Of a stretch of DNA of 64,000 nucleotides, positions 1 through 10,525 are shown in pieces; positions within the stretch are counted from its first letter, which is position 1; each line of letters starts with the position of its first letter. This DNA is from a virus, in IMG/VR virus record IMGVR_UViG_3300044799_000154, positions 57,518 through 121,517 of that record, one strand, 5' to 3'. The position numbers were made by a program, and so were the translations under genes. The notes below the pieces were generated by a model, which worked only from the letters and a program-made list of their open reading frames with translations, was not told the DNA's origin and did no database searches.

Positions 1-141
1 ATAATCTGTATGTTGTTAGAAATAAAAATAATACCTAAGCAGAACACCGTAGGCAGCGTCCTAAGTAAGAAATATCCAAAGAAAGCCTTGGTTCTTACTC
101 ATGTTATAAAAGACCTTGAAACTAAATTGAAATTAATATAG
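1..141 (+). CDS. 3' end of an upstream gene, or a short ORF
   Basis: Frame 1 is open from base 1 to TAG at 139-141, just before the GGAGG RBS of the next gene. Confidence 0.4.
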   Translation: MICMLLEIKIIPKQNTVGSVLSKKYPKKALVLTHVIKDLETKLKLI

Positions 142-154
142 GAGGAAAAAGAAA

Positions 155-1078
155 ATGTCATTTTGTTCTACAGGATGCAAGAGCTTGGATGATATGATGA
201 ATGGTGGATTCCCACTGAAAGCTCCTAGTTTAGTCTTTGGTATTCCAAACCTGGGAAAGACTTGGTTATGCTTTCAGACTGCTTCTAACTGCACTCGTGA
301 GATAAGCAAAGGTGGACTTGGAAGACCAGCTTTATACTTGGATACAGAATCATTCTTTACTCCAGATGTCTTTGATAGATTCTATGGATACTTTGGGAAG
401 AGATGGACTGACCTGCCCAAGAATCCAAAGATAGAAGTTAAGATGATCTCAGATATCTTCGAACTTGGTAAAGAATTCGGCATTCAGTATGAAATTGTTC
501 AAGAGGAAGCAAGAGTTTCTGTATTGGCTAAGTTCCCTACTGATAGGCAAGCAAAACTTGCTGAAGGAAAAGGAGATGTAGTAAAACAAACTGTTCAGAC
601 TTATGATTGGCTAACAGGATCTCCTATTTGGAAAGCAATGGAAGCTAAGAACTATGGCATAATAGTTCTGGATTCAATAACAGTACCAATTAAAAGTGTT
701 ATTCCAAAAGGAACACAACATTTGCCTGGACGAGGAACTCTAATAACATCATTACTAGGAACTTTATATCCAATAGCTAAACACTTCAATTGTGCAATTG
801 TTATAACAGATCACTACTCAAGCAATCCAATGATGGGATATGGTCAGGGATTTGGAGGGAGTGCATGGGGAGGTCAAGACATGATGTTCTACATTAAGTA
901 TCACTATGGAATAGCACCTGCTCTCAAAGAACAGAGAGAGAAATATGGACCAGATGCAGAAAGACTCAGAAGGATTGAAAGACATAGATTTCCAGGATTA
1001 GACAAAGATATTCAATTGTTCTTGCTAATGAAAGACTACGGATACACAGACGTACCTAGAGGTTCTAGACCTGCTTAG
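155..1078 (+). CDS. RadA/RadB-like RecA-family recombinase ATPase
   Basis: STGCKSLDDMMNGG start, Walker A GIPNLGKT, YLDTE, Walker B IIVLDS; lacks the N-terminal HhH domain. Confidence 0.88.
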   Translation: MSFCSTGCKSLDDMMNGGFPLKAPSLVFGIPNLGKTWLCFQTASNCTREISKGGLGRPALYLDTESFFTPDVFDRFYGYFGKRWTDLPKNPKIEVKMISDIFELGKEFGIQYEIVQEEARVSVLAKFPTDRQAKLAEGKGDVVKQTVQTYDWLTGSPIWKAMEAKNYGIIVLDSITVPIKSVIPKGTQHLPGRGTLITSLLGTLYPIAKHFNCAIVITDHYSSNPMMGYGQGFGGSAWGGQDMMFYIKYHYGIAPALKEQREKYGPDAERLRRIERHRFPGLDKDIQLFLLMKDYGYTDVPRGSRPA

Positions 1079-1089
1079 AGGGATAACCA

Positions 1090-1290
1090 ATGACAGGCAC
1101 TAAAACTACTGCAAAGACTGAATCCAAGAAGTATCCTTGTGTTTTTAAACTAACAGATGATTGCCCAGTGAAAGCTGAGTTTAAGTTGAAACCAGAGAAC
1201 TTGAGACCTTGGTGTGAAATATGTCCTATTAGACATCAAGAGATCAAAGAAGTTGAAGCTGAAGTAGAAGCAGATCAAGAAAAAAGTTAG
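1090..1290 (+). CDS. Small Cys4 putative zinc-binding protein
   Basis: CVFKLTDDCP...CEICP; similar to the C-terminal tail of the portal protein. Confidence 0.6.
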   Translation: MTGTKTTAKTESKKYPCVFKLTDDCPVKAEFKLKPENLRPWCEICPIRHQEIKEVEAEVEADQEKS

Positions 1291-1300
1291 GGATAAGAAG

Positions 1301-2044
1301 ATGAAGAAATCTCCAGACAATAATAATCTACAAATAACATTCCCAATAGAAGACCAACTGAAAGATGAAGAAGAGAAAAAGAATGGGAATGGTTTACAGA
1401 CCTCATTTGCTCCAGGATTTACAGGAATTATAGTTGATGTTCATGAGCCAAAGATAATTGCTCTATCTCTTCAGAAAGACAAAGGTCTTCTTGTTAAAGT
1501 TATGTCATTGAAATCTGGAGACTATGTCTTTGCAAATGTTGGAATTGAAAGGAAGGACTTTGGGGACTATATGACTAGCTTAACCTCTGGTCGGCTTTGG
1601 GAACAAATGTATAACTTAAAGAGAACTTATGAGAGACCTGTTCTAGTTGTTGAAGGTCTCAAAGATCCAACTTTACAATTGGCTGGAAACATCTCTATCA
1701 GGTTTGTTAGTTCTTTGTCAAGGATAATTCTTATGGGAATATCTGTTGTCGTACTTCCAACTCTTGCTCATTTTCTAAGTTTTATTCAGTATACATACTT
1801 ATCTTGTGGTCGGCAAGGAATAAGTATGAAACCAATTCCCAAGAAACCTTGGTATCGAGAGAAGGAAGAAATCAAAGAAGACCTTCTTTGTATGTGCCCA
1901 GGAATAGGAAGAAAGACAGCTAAATCTATCTTAGCTAGATTTAATACGTTTGATAAACTAATGGCTGCTAGTCCATTGGAGATAGCAAATACAGGTCTAG
2001 GGAAAAAGAGAAGTCAGGCACTCTGGGAAATACTTCATACCTGA
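1301..2044 (+). CDS. ERCC4/XPF-family structure-specific nuclease with HhH motifs
   Basis: IIVDVHE, GDY, ERKxxxD (ERKDFGD), and HhH motifs PGIGRKTA and GLGKKRS. Confidence 0.9.
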   Translation: MKKSPDNNNLQITFPIEDQLKDEEEKKNGNGLQTSFAPGFTGIIVDVHEPKIIALSLQKDKGLLVKVMSLKSGDYVFANVGIERKDFGDYMTSLTSGRLWEQMYNLKRTYERPVLVVEGLKDPTLQLAGNISIRFVSSLSRIILMGISVVVLPTLAHFLSFIQYTYLSCGRQGISMKPIPKKPWYREKEEIKEDLLCMCPGIGRKTAKSILARFNTFDKLMAASPLEIANTGLGKKRSQALWEILHT

Positions 2045-2058
2045 AGGAAGGATGCACA

Positions 2059-4845
2059 ATGAAAATTATACCAAATGAGAAGATCTGTATCAATTGTTGG
2101 GAATATCTAAACCTGCCAAATGCTCAGAAAGAGGTTGTTCCTGTAATCTTTGCATGGTACAGAGATTACCAAAAGAATAGAAAACGTCTTGTTTTTCGAG
2201 GCTTTGAACCTTATTGCTATGTAGATCAAAGTATTAGAGTGCCTCAATTCTTCTATCACAAGGAAACTGGAGAAAAAGAGAAGCTTGTTAAACGATTAGA
2301 GACAACCCGAATTAGAGATCCAGGTAATCCTATGTTATTGAAAGTATTCACATTCTTACCCTCTCAAGTTAGAGCTATTAGAATTCTTCTTGAATCACAA
2401 AATCCTCCTTTAGGAGATCATATCTTTGAAGCAGATATAGAATTTATCTATAGATTTATGATAGACAAGAAGATTAGATTCGCATTGGAAAGGACACCTT
2501 CTGGGTTCTTACCAATAGAAGAAGAGATTCCTTCAAATCTCAAATATGTCTTTCTAGACTTTGAAGTTTATACTAATAGAAAGCCTGATCCTAGAAAACT
2601 TAGGATAGGAGAGAAAGTTATCTGTGCTACTCTCTGGGATAATTATTCTAAGATATATCATCTTTTCTACGAATATTCTAGACAATTAACTTTACCTTCA
2701 TTTGGTTCAAATGTTGTAGTCCATTATTGTGTGAATGAGAGAGAACTCCTTAAATCAGTTACAAAATATCTGATGGAACAAGACCCAGATATCATTGCTG
2801 GATATAACATTGATTGGGACTTAACATGTCTTATCAAGACTATGGAACAACGGTATAAGATGTCTCCAGATGTTATTAGTCCACTCAAGAAAGTTAAGAT
2901 ACGCAATTCCAAGAAGAGACTTGGAGATATTCTCATTAATGCTCCTCGTGCTAGGATATGGGGTAGAAGTACATTAGACCTTCTGGAACTTTACATGAAG
3001 ATGCATCTTTCTGGATTAGAAGAAATGACATTGGAATATGTAGCTAAACTAGAGAAACTTCCAATTCAGAAGATTGTTGTTCCTGACTTCTTTGATACAT
3101 GGAATAAGAATCCTGAGTTGATTATTAGAAGGAACTTAGGAGATGTTCAGATTTATGTGGAATTAGAGAAGAAACTCAATCTCATTAGATTTGCAGATGA
3201 ACAGAGAAGACTAGTAGGCTGTAGATTAGAAGATACTCTCTCATCAAAGAAGATGTTAGACTTATTCATGATGAGAATGAAAGACAAGAAGATAATGCCT
3301 ACAGCTAGAAGTCGAGGAGCTAAGTATATTGGAGCTTATGTTAGAGATCCTATCTCTGGAATGTATTCCTGGGTTATACAATTAGACTTCTCTGCTCTAT
3401 ATCCTACTATAATGATATGCTTCAATATTGATCCTGATACTTTCAGAAATCCTCAGTTCTATAAGGGATCAGAGGATTTATTCAGATTAGATGAGAGCCA
3501 TGCTTTTGTTAAAGATCCAATTGGTCTTATTCCTAAGATGTTAAAGAAACTGCTAGAGCTAAGGGCTCAGAAGAAGCAACTTCAAGTAGAAGCTTTAGCT
3601 AAGAATGATGATGAAGCCTACAAGATGTATAACTTACAGGAAGGAGTAATCAAAGTTCTGAGCAATGCATTGTATGGAGTTATGGGTTATAGGTTTAGAA
3701 AAGGAAGTAAGGAAACGGTAGAGTCAGTAACTTTAATGGGCAGAAGTCTCATCACTTTTGTAGCTGAAAAATTAATTGAATCTAATAGGAAAGTAATATA
3801 TGGTGATACAGATTCAGTCTTCTTTGAAGCAAAAGGAAAGAGTTTAGATGAGTGTCTTGTAGAAGCAAAAGAAATACAAGCAATGATTCATGCAAAGTTA
3901 CCTGAATTCTTAGCTAAGTTTGGAGTAACAGGAGAACAGCCATTTAATATTGAACCTGCTCAAATTTATTCTGCTTTCTTCATATTGGAAGCTAAGAAAA
4001 GATATGCAGGAAAGATTGAATGGGATTCCAAAAGAGGGACCAAACTTAACTATAGGTACAATATCAAAGGTCTGGAAACAAGAAGATCAGATCTCTCGGT
4101 ATTAGGAAAGAGAATTCAGAAAGAAGTAATACATAAGCTTCTAGAGAAGACTTCCAAAGAAGAGATGCTCAAGTTCTTAGAAACAGAATTAAGTAATTTT
4201 GATACTCTACCATTGACAGAGATTGGTACTCCTTCTGCAATAGGACAGCCATTGAAAGCATATAAAGGAAATGCTATTCAGAAAACTTCTGCTGAATATT
4301 CCAATAACTTCTTACACACTCAATTTGATGTTGGATCTAAACCCAAAAGAATTGCAATAAAAGGAGTTCCTCCTCGAATAGAACAATCAGAAATTCTAGT
4401 AGGTTTACCAAAAGGACAAATTTATAGAGTCAAGAATGTTCCTTTGTCTGAAATAACAAAGTTAGAGATGGGATACTTAGATATCAAGAATAAACTCAAA
4501 AGTTATCATGCAGATGGATCTTTTGTTCTGGATCTTGAAGCTAAAAATCAAACTATCTCAATTAGTTATTTGCAAGGATATTCAGATACTCATTCTATAG
4601 CTATAGATTATGGTATAGTTCCACCTCCAGGATTCCAGATAGATTATTTGAAGATGTTGGATTCAACAGTAAAAAAGAAGATTGAGAAATTAATTGCTAT
4701 GATTGGAATAACTTGGGAAGAAATCAACCTAAAGCCTGAATTGAAGATTGTTCCCAAAGTTCCAAAGAAACGAAAAGAAAAAGTAGATAAAAAAGGAAAG
4801 ATAAAAGATGACAAGCAAAAAACCCTTAGCCAATTCAAGTGTTGA
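2059..4845 (+). CDS. polB: Family B DNA polymerase with 3'-5' exonuclease
   Basis: ExoI LDFE, GYNIDWD, motif A DFSALYP, motif B KVLSNALYG, motif C YGDTDS, KKRY, KGLETRRSD. Confidence 0.96.
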   Translation: MKIIPNEKICINCWEYLNLPNAQKEVVPVIFAWYRDYQKNRKRLVFRGFEPYCYVDQSIRVPQFFYHKETGEKEKLVKRLETTRIRDPGNPMLLKVFTFLPSQVRAIRILLESQNPPLGDHIFEADIEFIYRFMIDKKIRFALERTPSGFLPIEEEIPSNLKYVFLDFEVYTNRKPDPRKLRIGEKVICATLWDNYSKIYHLFYEYSRQLTLPSFGSNVVVHYCVNERELLKSVTKYLMEQDPDIIAGYNIDWDLTCLIKTMEQRYKMSPDVISPLKKVKIRNSKKRLGDILINAPRARIWGRSTLDLLELYMKMHLSGLEEMTLEYVAKLEKLPIQKIVVPDFFDTWNKNPELIIRRNLGDVQIYVELEKKLNLIRFADEQRRLVGCRLEDTLSSKKMLDLFMMRMKDKKIMPTARSRGAKYIGAYVRDPISGMYSWVIQLDFSALYPTIMICFNIDPDTFRNPQFYKGSEDLFRLDESHAFVKDPIGLIPKMLKKLLELRAQKKQLQVEALAKNDDEAYKMYNLQEGVIKVLSNALYGVMGYRFRKGSKETVESVTLMGRSLITFVAEKLIESNRKVIYGDTDSVFFEAKGKSLDECLVEAKEIQAMIHAKLPEFLAKFGVTGEQPFNIEPAQIYSAFFILEAKKRYAGKIEWDSKRGTKLNYRYNIKGLETRRSDLSVLGKRIQKEVIHKLLEKTSKEEMLKFLETELSNFDTLPLTEIGTPSAIGQPLKAYKGNAIQKTSAEYSNNFLHTQFDVGSKPKRIAIKGVPPRIEQSEILVGLPKGQIYRVKNVPLSEITKLEMGYLDIKNKLKSYHADGSFVLDLEAKNQTISISYLQGYSDTHSIAIDYGIVPPPGFQIDYLKMLDSTVKKKIEKLIAMIGITWEEINLKPELKIVPKVPKKRKEKVDKKGKIKDDKQKTLSQFKC

Positions 4846-4999
4846 CGATCTAATAGAAATGCTTAGAAAGTATAAAGAAGAGAAAGAAGCTAGAGACTTT
4901 CTTATGAGGATTCTATTAGAGCATCCAGAGAAGAAAACCGAAATGGATGAGGAATTGTGGAAGAAGAAGACTAATCCATCGAAGAGGAATAATAAATGA
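4808..4999 (+). CDS. Hypothetical protein
   Basis: Charged ORF overlapping the genes on both sides. Confidence 0.5.
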   Translation: MTSKKPLANSSVDDLIEMLRKYKEEKEARDFLMRILLEHPEKKTEMDEELWKKKTNPSKRNNK

Positions 5000-5277
5000 C
5001 GGGAAAGATAAAGTATGGGTTCCATGAATTACGCAATAAAAACCCAAATAAGTATACCAGAGAACTTTATAAAGTCAATTTAGACTATAAACAAAAGAAA
5101 ATAATTCGTAGTCTGAATTCTTATTATAATAATAAAACTTGGATGGTTAGAAATTGTATTACATGTGGTAGATTCTGCTCTAAGTATTCTAGTAAGTACT
5201 GCAAAGATTGTGCAGTAATCTTTCATATAATTGATTCTAGAATTGGAGCTTGTGAACAAAGGAGGAGGCAAAAATAG
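4996..5277 (+). CDS. Basic CxxC...CxxC zinc-finger protein
   Basis: CITCG...CKDC; start overlaps the previous stop. Confidence 0.55.
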   Translation: MTGKIKYGFHELRNKNPNKYTRELYKVNLDYKQKKIIRSLNSYYNNKTWMVRNCITCGRFCSKYSSKYCKDCAVIFHIIDSRIGACEQRRRQK

Positions 5278-5280
5278 TTT

Positions 5281-5706
5281 ATGAAAATCTTCACGAGATA
5301 TCCAAGAATATGTATGCGTGAGAAGAAAGTAGTCTTCTCAGAAGAAGAATTATTGGATAATATCCGAGAAGGAGCTCAAAATAGAAAGCAATGTATAATG
5401 AGCTTATACTCCTTTGAAGAAGTCTATGATAAGAAAGTAAGACCAGAGACTGCTGTTATTGATTGTGCTATGTGGATTGGAGATAGAGCATTCTGTGAAA
5501 GTAAATGTAAATTATTTCCACATGATTCATCTCTCGTTATTGATGAAGGCAAGGATCATTTAGCTATTGTCTTCAAGAACTTTACACGAGAACAATTACA
5601 AAGTTTAAATGCCTGTACAGAGTTAGATATTATGATTGTTGTGCCTGGTTGCTTGAACCTCCGCACAGGCAAGAAATGTACTATCGTCAAGAGGAATAAC
5701 ATTTGA
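5281..5706 (+). CDS. Miniaturised, probably inactive archaeo-eukaryotic primase (PriS)-like protein
   Basis: YPR..VFSEEEL..SLYSF..AVID and VPGCLNLRTGKKC recall viral AEP motifs, but the DxD motif reads IGD. Confidence 0.45.
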   Translation: MKIFTRYPRICMREKKVVFSEEELLDNIREGAQNRKQCIMSLYSFEEVYDKKVRPETAVIDCAMWIGDRAFCESKCKLFPHDSSLVIDEGKDHLAIVFKNFTREQLQSLNACTELDIMIVVPGCLNLRTGKKCTIVKRNNI

Positions 5707-5873
5707 AAATAATAGATAAAATTGCGAGTACAGTAATTTTAAATACAGGTGAAAATATTCAAATAGGACCAATATTACTAATGAATACAGCATCTGGAAA
5801 GAAATTACGAATCTCAATAGAAATATCTGAAGAAATAAATCCATCTGGGAGAAAAGAAAATGAAGAAACCTAA
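5703..5873 (+). CDS. Small hypothetical protein (56 aa, not in ORF track)
   Basis: TTG start overlapping the previous stop, GAGG upstream; MKIIDKIASTVILNTGENIQIGP...EET fills the gap exactly. Confidence 0.55.
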   Translation: MKIIDKIASTVILNTGENIQIGPILLMNTASGKKLRISIEISEEINPSGRKENEET

Positions 5874-6921
5874 GATCATTTGGATAACACAATTTCCTCT
5901 ATCTGGAGTATCCTTTGGTGCTGTTAGTCAGCAATTGCTAATGCCATTGACTAATAAATATGATATCTATTGCCTAAGCTTTGGATATGATGGACAGCCC
6001 CTCGACATAGGGTATACAATATTACCATTCTCATCTGGAAGTCATATTGACTTCTATTGGAAAGAGATCAAGCCAGACTTGGTAGTTCTATTCCATGCTG
6101 TAGTTGCTTTGCCTAAGATAATGTCTATGGGAAGATTTGCAGAGCCATCAATCTTGTATGTTCCTGTGGAAGGTCATAGAGTTCCTCCAAGTTATATTTC
6201 ATATTTCCAGCACTTTGATAGAATCATTACTCCTTCAAAATGGAGTCAAGATGCTTTAGCTAGAGACAAGATAAACGCTGAGATTCTACCTCATGGTGTC
6301 AATACTGACTTCTATCATCCTTATGAGAGGAAGAATGAGGCATTCACATTTGGGTATTTAGGTTCAAATGATACAAGGAAACAAGTACCCACGATTATGG
6401 ATGCATTTGCTAGAGTTAAAGGACCAAAGGAATTGAATATGGCAACTCCAATTCAAGGATACATGGATTTAGGAGAAGTTTCTAAGGAACTAAATATTGT
6501 TCCTAAGTTCCAGAAAGCATTGGGAAGAGGACTTCCAGTTACAGCAGATAAGATCAGAGACTTCTATTATGGTCTTGATGCTTATGTTGGTCTAGGAACT
6601 GAAGGATTTGGATTGCCAGCATTGGAATGTGCAAGTACACAGATTCCTAACATTGCAATGGATTATGGTGCTAGTAAAGAGATCTTAGGAAATTCTGCTG
6701 TTTATGTTAAACCAGTAACAACTCAATTGAGTCCTCTAGGAAGACTAGGTATCTGTGACTTCAAGGAAGTTGCTGATGCAATGCAAGCTTTGAAAGAGGA
6801 TGAGAATGAATGCAAGAGATTAGCAAAGAATGGTGTTATAAGAGCCAAGAAATTTCCATGGAATAAACCAATCAAAAGATTGGATGATATTATCCAGGAG
6901 GAATTAAATGCCAGCAAATGA
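5860..6921 (+). CDS. GT4-like (GT-B) glycosyltransferase
   Basis: PHGVNTDFY, RKQ, EGFGLPALE. Confidence 0.9.
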   Translation: MKKPKIIWITQFPLSGVSFGAVSQQLLMPLTNKYDIYCLSFGYDGQPLDIGYTILPFSSGSHIDFYWKEIKPDLVVLFHAVVALPKIMSMGRFAEPSILYVPVEGHRVPPSYISYFQHFDRIITPSKWSQDALARDKINAEILPHGVNTDFYHPYERKNEAFTFGYLGSNDTRKQVPTIMDAFARVKGPKELNMATPIQGYMDLGEVSKELNIVPKFQKALGRGLPVTADKIRDFYYGLDAYVGLGTEGFGLPALECASTQIPNIAMDYGASKEILGNSAVYVKPVTTQLSPLGRLGICDFKEVADAMQALKEDENECKRLAKNGVIRAKKFPWNKPIKRLDDIIQEELNASK

Positions 6922-7057
6922 ATGTAATCCAGAAGGATGGAAATGTCCTTTTTGTAAGAGTGAAGACTTGTTTGTTTGCATAGATTGTGGAGTAATAACT
7001 TGTTGTTCTTGTGGGAAAGTCTTCAAAAAAGATAAAATAAAGAAGGAGAAAAATTAG
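6908..7057 (+). CDS. Small Cys-rich zinc-ribbon protein (49 aa, not in ORF track)
   Basis: MPANECNPEGWKCPFCKSEDLFVCIDCGVITCCSCGKVF; fills the intergenic gap. Confidence 0.65.
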   Translation: MPANECNPEGWKCPFCKSEDLFVCIDCGVITCCSCGKVFKKDKIKKEKN

Positions 7058-7058
7058 A

Positions 7059-7376
7059 ATGCAAGAAGATAAGAAAGTAGATTATACAGGGCATCCGTGT
7101 TATGACCCTGCATCAGGTGTATTAAAAGGATTCATGTGTCCTTTCTGTGCTAGAATCTATCCTGCTGAAGAGCAAGCTAAACAATGTAAAGAGTCTCATG
7201 ATGATTTTGAGATAGATTATATCTTTGAGAAAGGATATAGGTTTCCAGCAGAAATTATCGTGAAAAGAATTAAAGGTAATGTTCTAATAGAAGTTGGAAC
7301 TTATATTGTAAAAAAAGTAGAGGTAATGGATGAAAATGGAAAAGTCAAAGAAACAATCCAAGATAAGCAAGTCTAA
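7059..7376 (+). CDS. C2H2-like zinc-finger protein
   Basis: FMCPFCARIY...CKESH; AAGGAG RBS. Confidence 0.6.
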   Translation: MQEDKKVDYTGHPCYDPASGVLKGFMCPFCARIYPAEEQAKQCKESHDDFEIDYIFEKGYRFPAEIIVKRIKGNVLIEVGTYIVKKVEVMDENGKVKETIQDKQV

Positions 7377-8709
7377 AGTTCAGACTGCTCCTTCTCAGAA
7401 ATCTCCTGAAGAGATGAAGAAGGAAATCAATGAATTCTTAGCAAGACAGAAGATTCTCAAACTAGCAATATATGGTGAAGCTCCATTTATCAAGAGTTCT
7501 AGTGGTATCTTAGCAAACTACTTTAGTCAAGGATTCTTGAGTATGGGTATTCCTGCTATTGTTATAGCTAATTATGGAGTAGAATCAGGAGGCTATCTAA
7601 GATTTGGACAAACCAATGTTCTTCCAGTAGTTAGATCAGAAGAAGACAAGAAAGGATTTGGAACTGCTTTACAGCATTTCTTCAAATTCAAATTAGATGT
7701 ATTCTTTTATGTTGATAAGGACTTCATAGCAGGAGCAAACATAGCTACTAAGATTCCAAATACATGGGTTCTAGCTCGATTAGATTCAACTCAGTATCCA
7801 CAGGAAGCAATTGATGCTTTGAAGACATATAGTGTTGTTATTTCTCCCACTAAGTTTGCAGAGAAAGAACTTAACAAGTACAAAATTAAGAATGAATATT
7901 TTCCAATTGGAGTGAATACAAAGATATTCCAGCAAACTCCTAAGATAGAAAGTAGGAAATACTTCATGGTTCCAAAGGATCATTTCTGCATTGGTCTAGT
8001 TGGAGATAACAAAGATAAAGAACCTTCCAATGGATGGGACTCAATGTTTGAGGCTATACAGATATTCTTCAAAATATGCCCAGAGGCTAAAACAAAGACT
8101 ACTATTCTAATACATTCAAATCGTAAAGACAAAGATGGAATAGATTTGGAGAAGCTAACAAAAGGATTTGATATAGATCAAAATTGTGTTTGTCAAGATC
8201 CTCATCTCATGATACTAGGTGTACCAGAAGGAGCAATGTCTAGAATGTATTCTTCAATGGATGTCCTTCTGCACTTATCAAGAAGATGTGGTTATGGAAT
8301 GACAATCTTAGAAGCAGGAGCTTGTGGAGTTCCAGCAATAGTTTCAGACTATGGTGCTCAGAGAGAAAGAGTCAATGATGGCAAATGTGGCTGGTTGATT
8401 CCTGTAGTCCATCTAGTTCCAAATGAAGATAAAACTCAGTCAGCTATTCCAGATGCTCGGAAAGCAGGAGAAGCATTAGCAGAAGCTTACAAGGATAAGA
8501 AAAAGAGAGATACTTTTGGGAAGAAAGCTAAAGCATATGCTTTGAACTATTCTTGGGAAGTTATCTTGGAACAGAAATGGTTACCTTTCTTACAAAAGAA
8601 GGGTGAAGAGATTCTTGGAAAGGAAGAAATAAAACCAGTGGAAGGAAAGCCAGTTGTCAAACCAGAAGAAACTAAAAAGAATCCTGATAGTCAGTCCTCT
8701 AAAGAATGA
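7330..8709 (+). CDS. GT4-like glycosyltransferase
   Basis: PIGVNTKIF, GYGMTILEAGACGVPAIVSD, YSWE. Confidence 0.9.
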   Translation: MKMEKSKKQSKISKSKVQTAPSQKSPEEMKKEINEFLARQKILKLAIYGEAPFIKSSSGILANYFSQGFLSMGIPAIVIANYGVESGGYLRFGQTNVLPVVRSEEDKKGFGTALQHFFKFKLDVFFYVDKDFIAGANIATKIPNTWVLARLDSTQYPQEAIDALKTYSVVISPTKFAEKELNKYKIKNEYFPIGVNTKIFQQTPKIESRKYFMVPKDHFCIGLVGDNKDKEPSNGWDSMFEAIQIFFKICPEAKTKTTILIHSNRKDKDGIDLEKLTKGFDIDQNCVCQDPHLMILGVPEGAMSRMYSSMDVLLHLSRRCGYGMTILEAGACGVPAIVSDYGAQRERVNDGKCGWLIPVVHLVPNEDKTQSAIPDARKAGEALAEAYKDKKKRDTFGKKAKAYALNYSWEVILEQKWLPFLQKKGEEILGKEEIKPVEGKPVVKPEETKKNPDSQSSKE

Positions 8710-9415
8710 AGCTCAGTGGATATCAAGACATCTAAAAGCCTGGGAGAAAGTAGATTATCCAGGAGATAAGATTAGATGGGTAATTCTCCTAGGTAAAAGT
8801 ATTGACAAGACAGAAGAGATATTGCTGAATTACTTTGAGAAGCATAAATGGCAAGTAGAAATTTACAAAGAACCTAAGTTCCATAATCCAACTGGAAATG
8901 CTCTGTATATAGCAGATGTAATGAATGAATTCAAAAAATACTATCAAGATGAAGATTATGTAGTCTTGGATGATGGTGATATAGTAAAGATTCCTAAGAC
9001 TTTCTTGGAAGAAACTACTGATTTGAACTTGGATATAGTAGCTCCTGGAATCTGGATAGAGAATACAGATCCTCCTCAGTTTTTTGATACTTATGTTTTT
9101 AGAACTATTGATGGATCTAAGTTTCCACCATTCGGTATCCCTTATGAAGACAGCAAGTTACCGATAGAAATAGGATCAGTTGGAACTCTTGTTGTTATGA
9201 AAGGAAAAATATTCAATAAGATTTCCTTTGAGAATCCTGTACCAACTTTGCAGTTCTGTAAAAATGCAAGGAACGCTGGTTACAAGATCTGGTTTGCTCC
9301 TTGGATAAAAGTAATTCATGCTAATGTTATGGAGATAGGAGAATACCATATGCCTCTTGAATTTTATGTCCAAGCAGGGAAACTTCCTAAAGAAGAATTG
9401 GAGAAAGTGCAATGA
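8654..9415 (+). CDS. GT-A fold glycosyltransferase (Anp1/GT2-like)
   Basis: IVSPLKNEA, DxD-type LDDGD, FCKNARNAGYKIW...VIH. Confidence 0.82.
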   Translation: MSNQKKLKRILIVSPLKNEAQWISRHLKAWEKVDYPGDKIRWVILLGKSIDKTEEILLNYFEKHKWQVEIYKEPKFHNPTGNALYIADVMNEFKKYYQDEDYVVLDDGDIVKIPKTFLEETTDLNLDIVAPGIWIENTDPPQFFDTYVFRTIDGSKFPPFGIPYEDSKLPIEIGSVGTLVVMKGKIFNKISFENPVPTLQFCKNARNAGYKIWFAPWIKVIHANVMEIGEYHMPLEFYVQAGKLPKEELEKVQ

Positions 9416-10503
9416 ATAAAATAAAATATGCCTGGGCTATTCCAGATATTGGTGAAGAAGAAAGATTAGCCGTAGATGAAGTCATGAAATCTGGATGGAT
9501 ATCTGGGACAACTCCTTACAATGAACTCTTTGAGAAAGCATTTGCTAAAACTGTAAGAGCTAAGTATGCTGTATCTGTAAGTAATGGAACAGCAGCTTTG
9601 ATATTAGGACTTATGGCAATAGAAAGAAGATTGAACCTAAAGTCTATGGAAAAGATGAGCATTGTTGTTCCTGCATGGACTTATATTGCTACAGCTAATA
9701 CAGCTAGATTCATGGGAAGAACAATATTAACAGACTGTGGTCGAGATACATTTTGTATTAAGATTCAAGGAATTCCGAAGAGTCAAGTTGTTATGCCTGT
9801 AGACATTGGTGGTTGTCCTTGTGAATATGATGACTTAAAGAATCTATCTTGGAAACCAATTCTCTTTGCAGATTCGGCAGAGGCTATTGGATCTATGTAC
9901 AAAGGGCATCCAGTTGGAAGTCAAGCATTACTACACATGTTTTCATTACATGCTACTAAAGTAATCACAACTGGAGAAGGTGGAATGCTAACTACTAATG
10001 ATCTAGCATTATATGAACAATTGAAATGTTTGAATAATCAAGGACATCCAATTGGGTATAAAACTTCAGACTATGAGCATCCAGAACTTGGATATAACTT
10101 TAGAATGCCAGCTCCTCAAGCAGCAATTGGTCTAGTTCAATTGAAGAAGCTTCCAGGATACTTAAAGAAAAGAGAAGAGTTCTCTCATATCTATAGTGAC
10201 ATTCTCGGAGATAAAGTTGGGTATCAATTTATACCAAGTTATTCTAGAAGTTGTAACTTCTTATTCACTATATTAGTTGATCCAAATCAGAAAATTGATT
10301 TCATGGATGAGATGTTGAAGCAAGGAATTCAGACTAAGAGTTGGAAACCAGTTCATATGCAACCTTGCTATAGTCTTTGGAATTCTATTAGTTTTCCAAA
10401 TGCAGAAGATCTGTACAAGAGAAATGTGCATCTTCCAATACACAACAAACTCTCTGATGAGGATATTAAATTCATTGCCGAAACAGCTAAAAGCTTGTTA
10501 TAG
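9412..10503 (+). CDS. DegT/DnrJ/EryC1/StrS PLP-dependent sugar aminotransferase
   Basis: SNGTAAL, DSAEAIG, FSLHATKVITTGEGGML, GYNFRM. Confidence 0.95.
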   Translation: MNKIKYAWAIPDIGEEERLAVDEVMKSGWISGTTPYNELFEKAFAKTVRAKYAVSVSNGTAALILGLMAIERRLNLKSMEKMSIVVPAWTYIATANTARFMGRTILTDCGRDTFCIKIQGIPKSQVVMPVDIGGCPCEYDDLKNLSWKPILFADSAEAIGSMYKGHPVGSQALLHMFSLHATKVITTGEGGMLTTNDLALYEQLKCLNNQGHPIGYKTSDYEHPELGYNFRMPAPQAAIGLVQLKKLPGYLKKREEFSHIYSDILGDKVGYQFIPSYSRSCNFLFTILVDPNQKIDFMDEMLKQGIQTKSWKPVHMQPCYSLWNSISFPNAEDLYKRNVHLPIHNKLSDEDIKFIAETAKSLL

Positions 10504-10525
10504 AAGTATATAGGTGTGAATCAAG

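Noticed and set aside
2059-4845. Possible intein in PolB (also checked TerL and LonB)
   Set aside because: No C/S...HN splice junctions or LAGLIDADG motifs; core motifs are normally spaced
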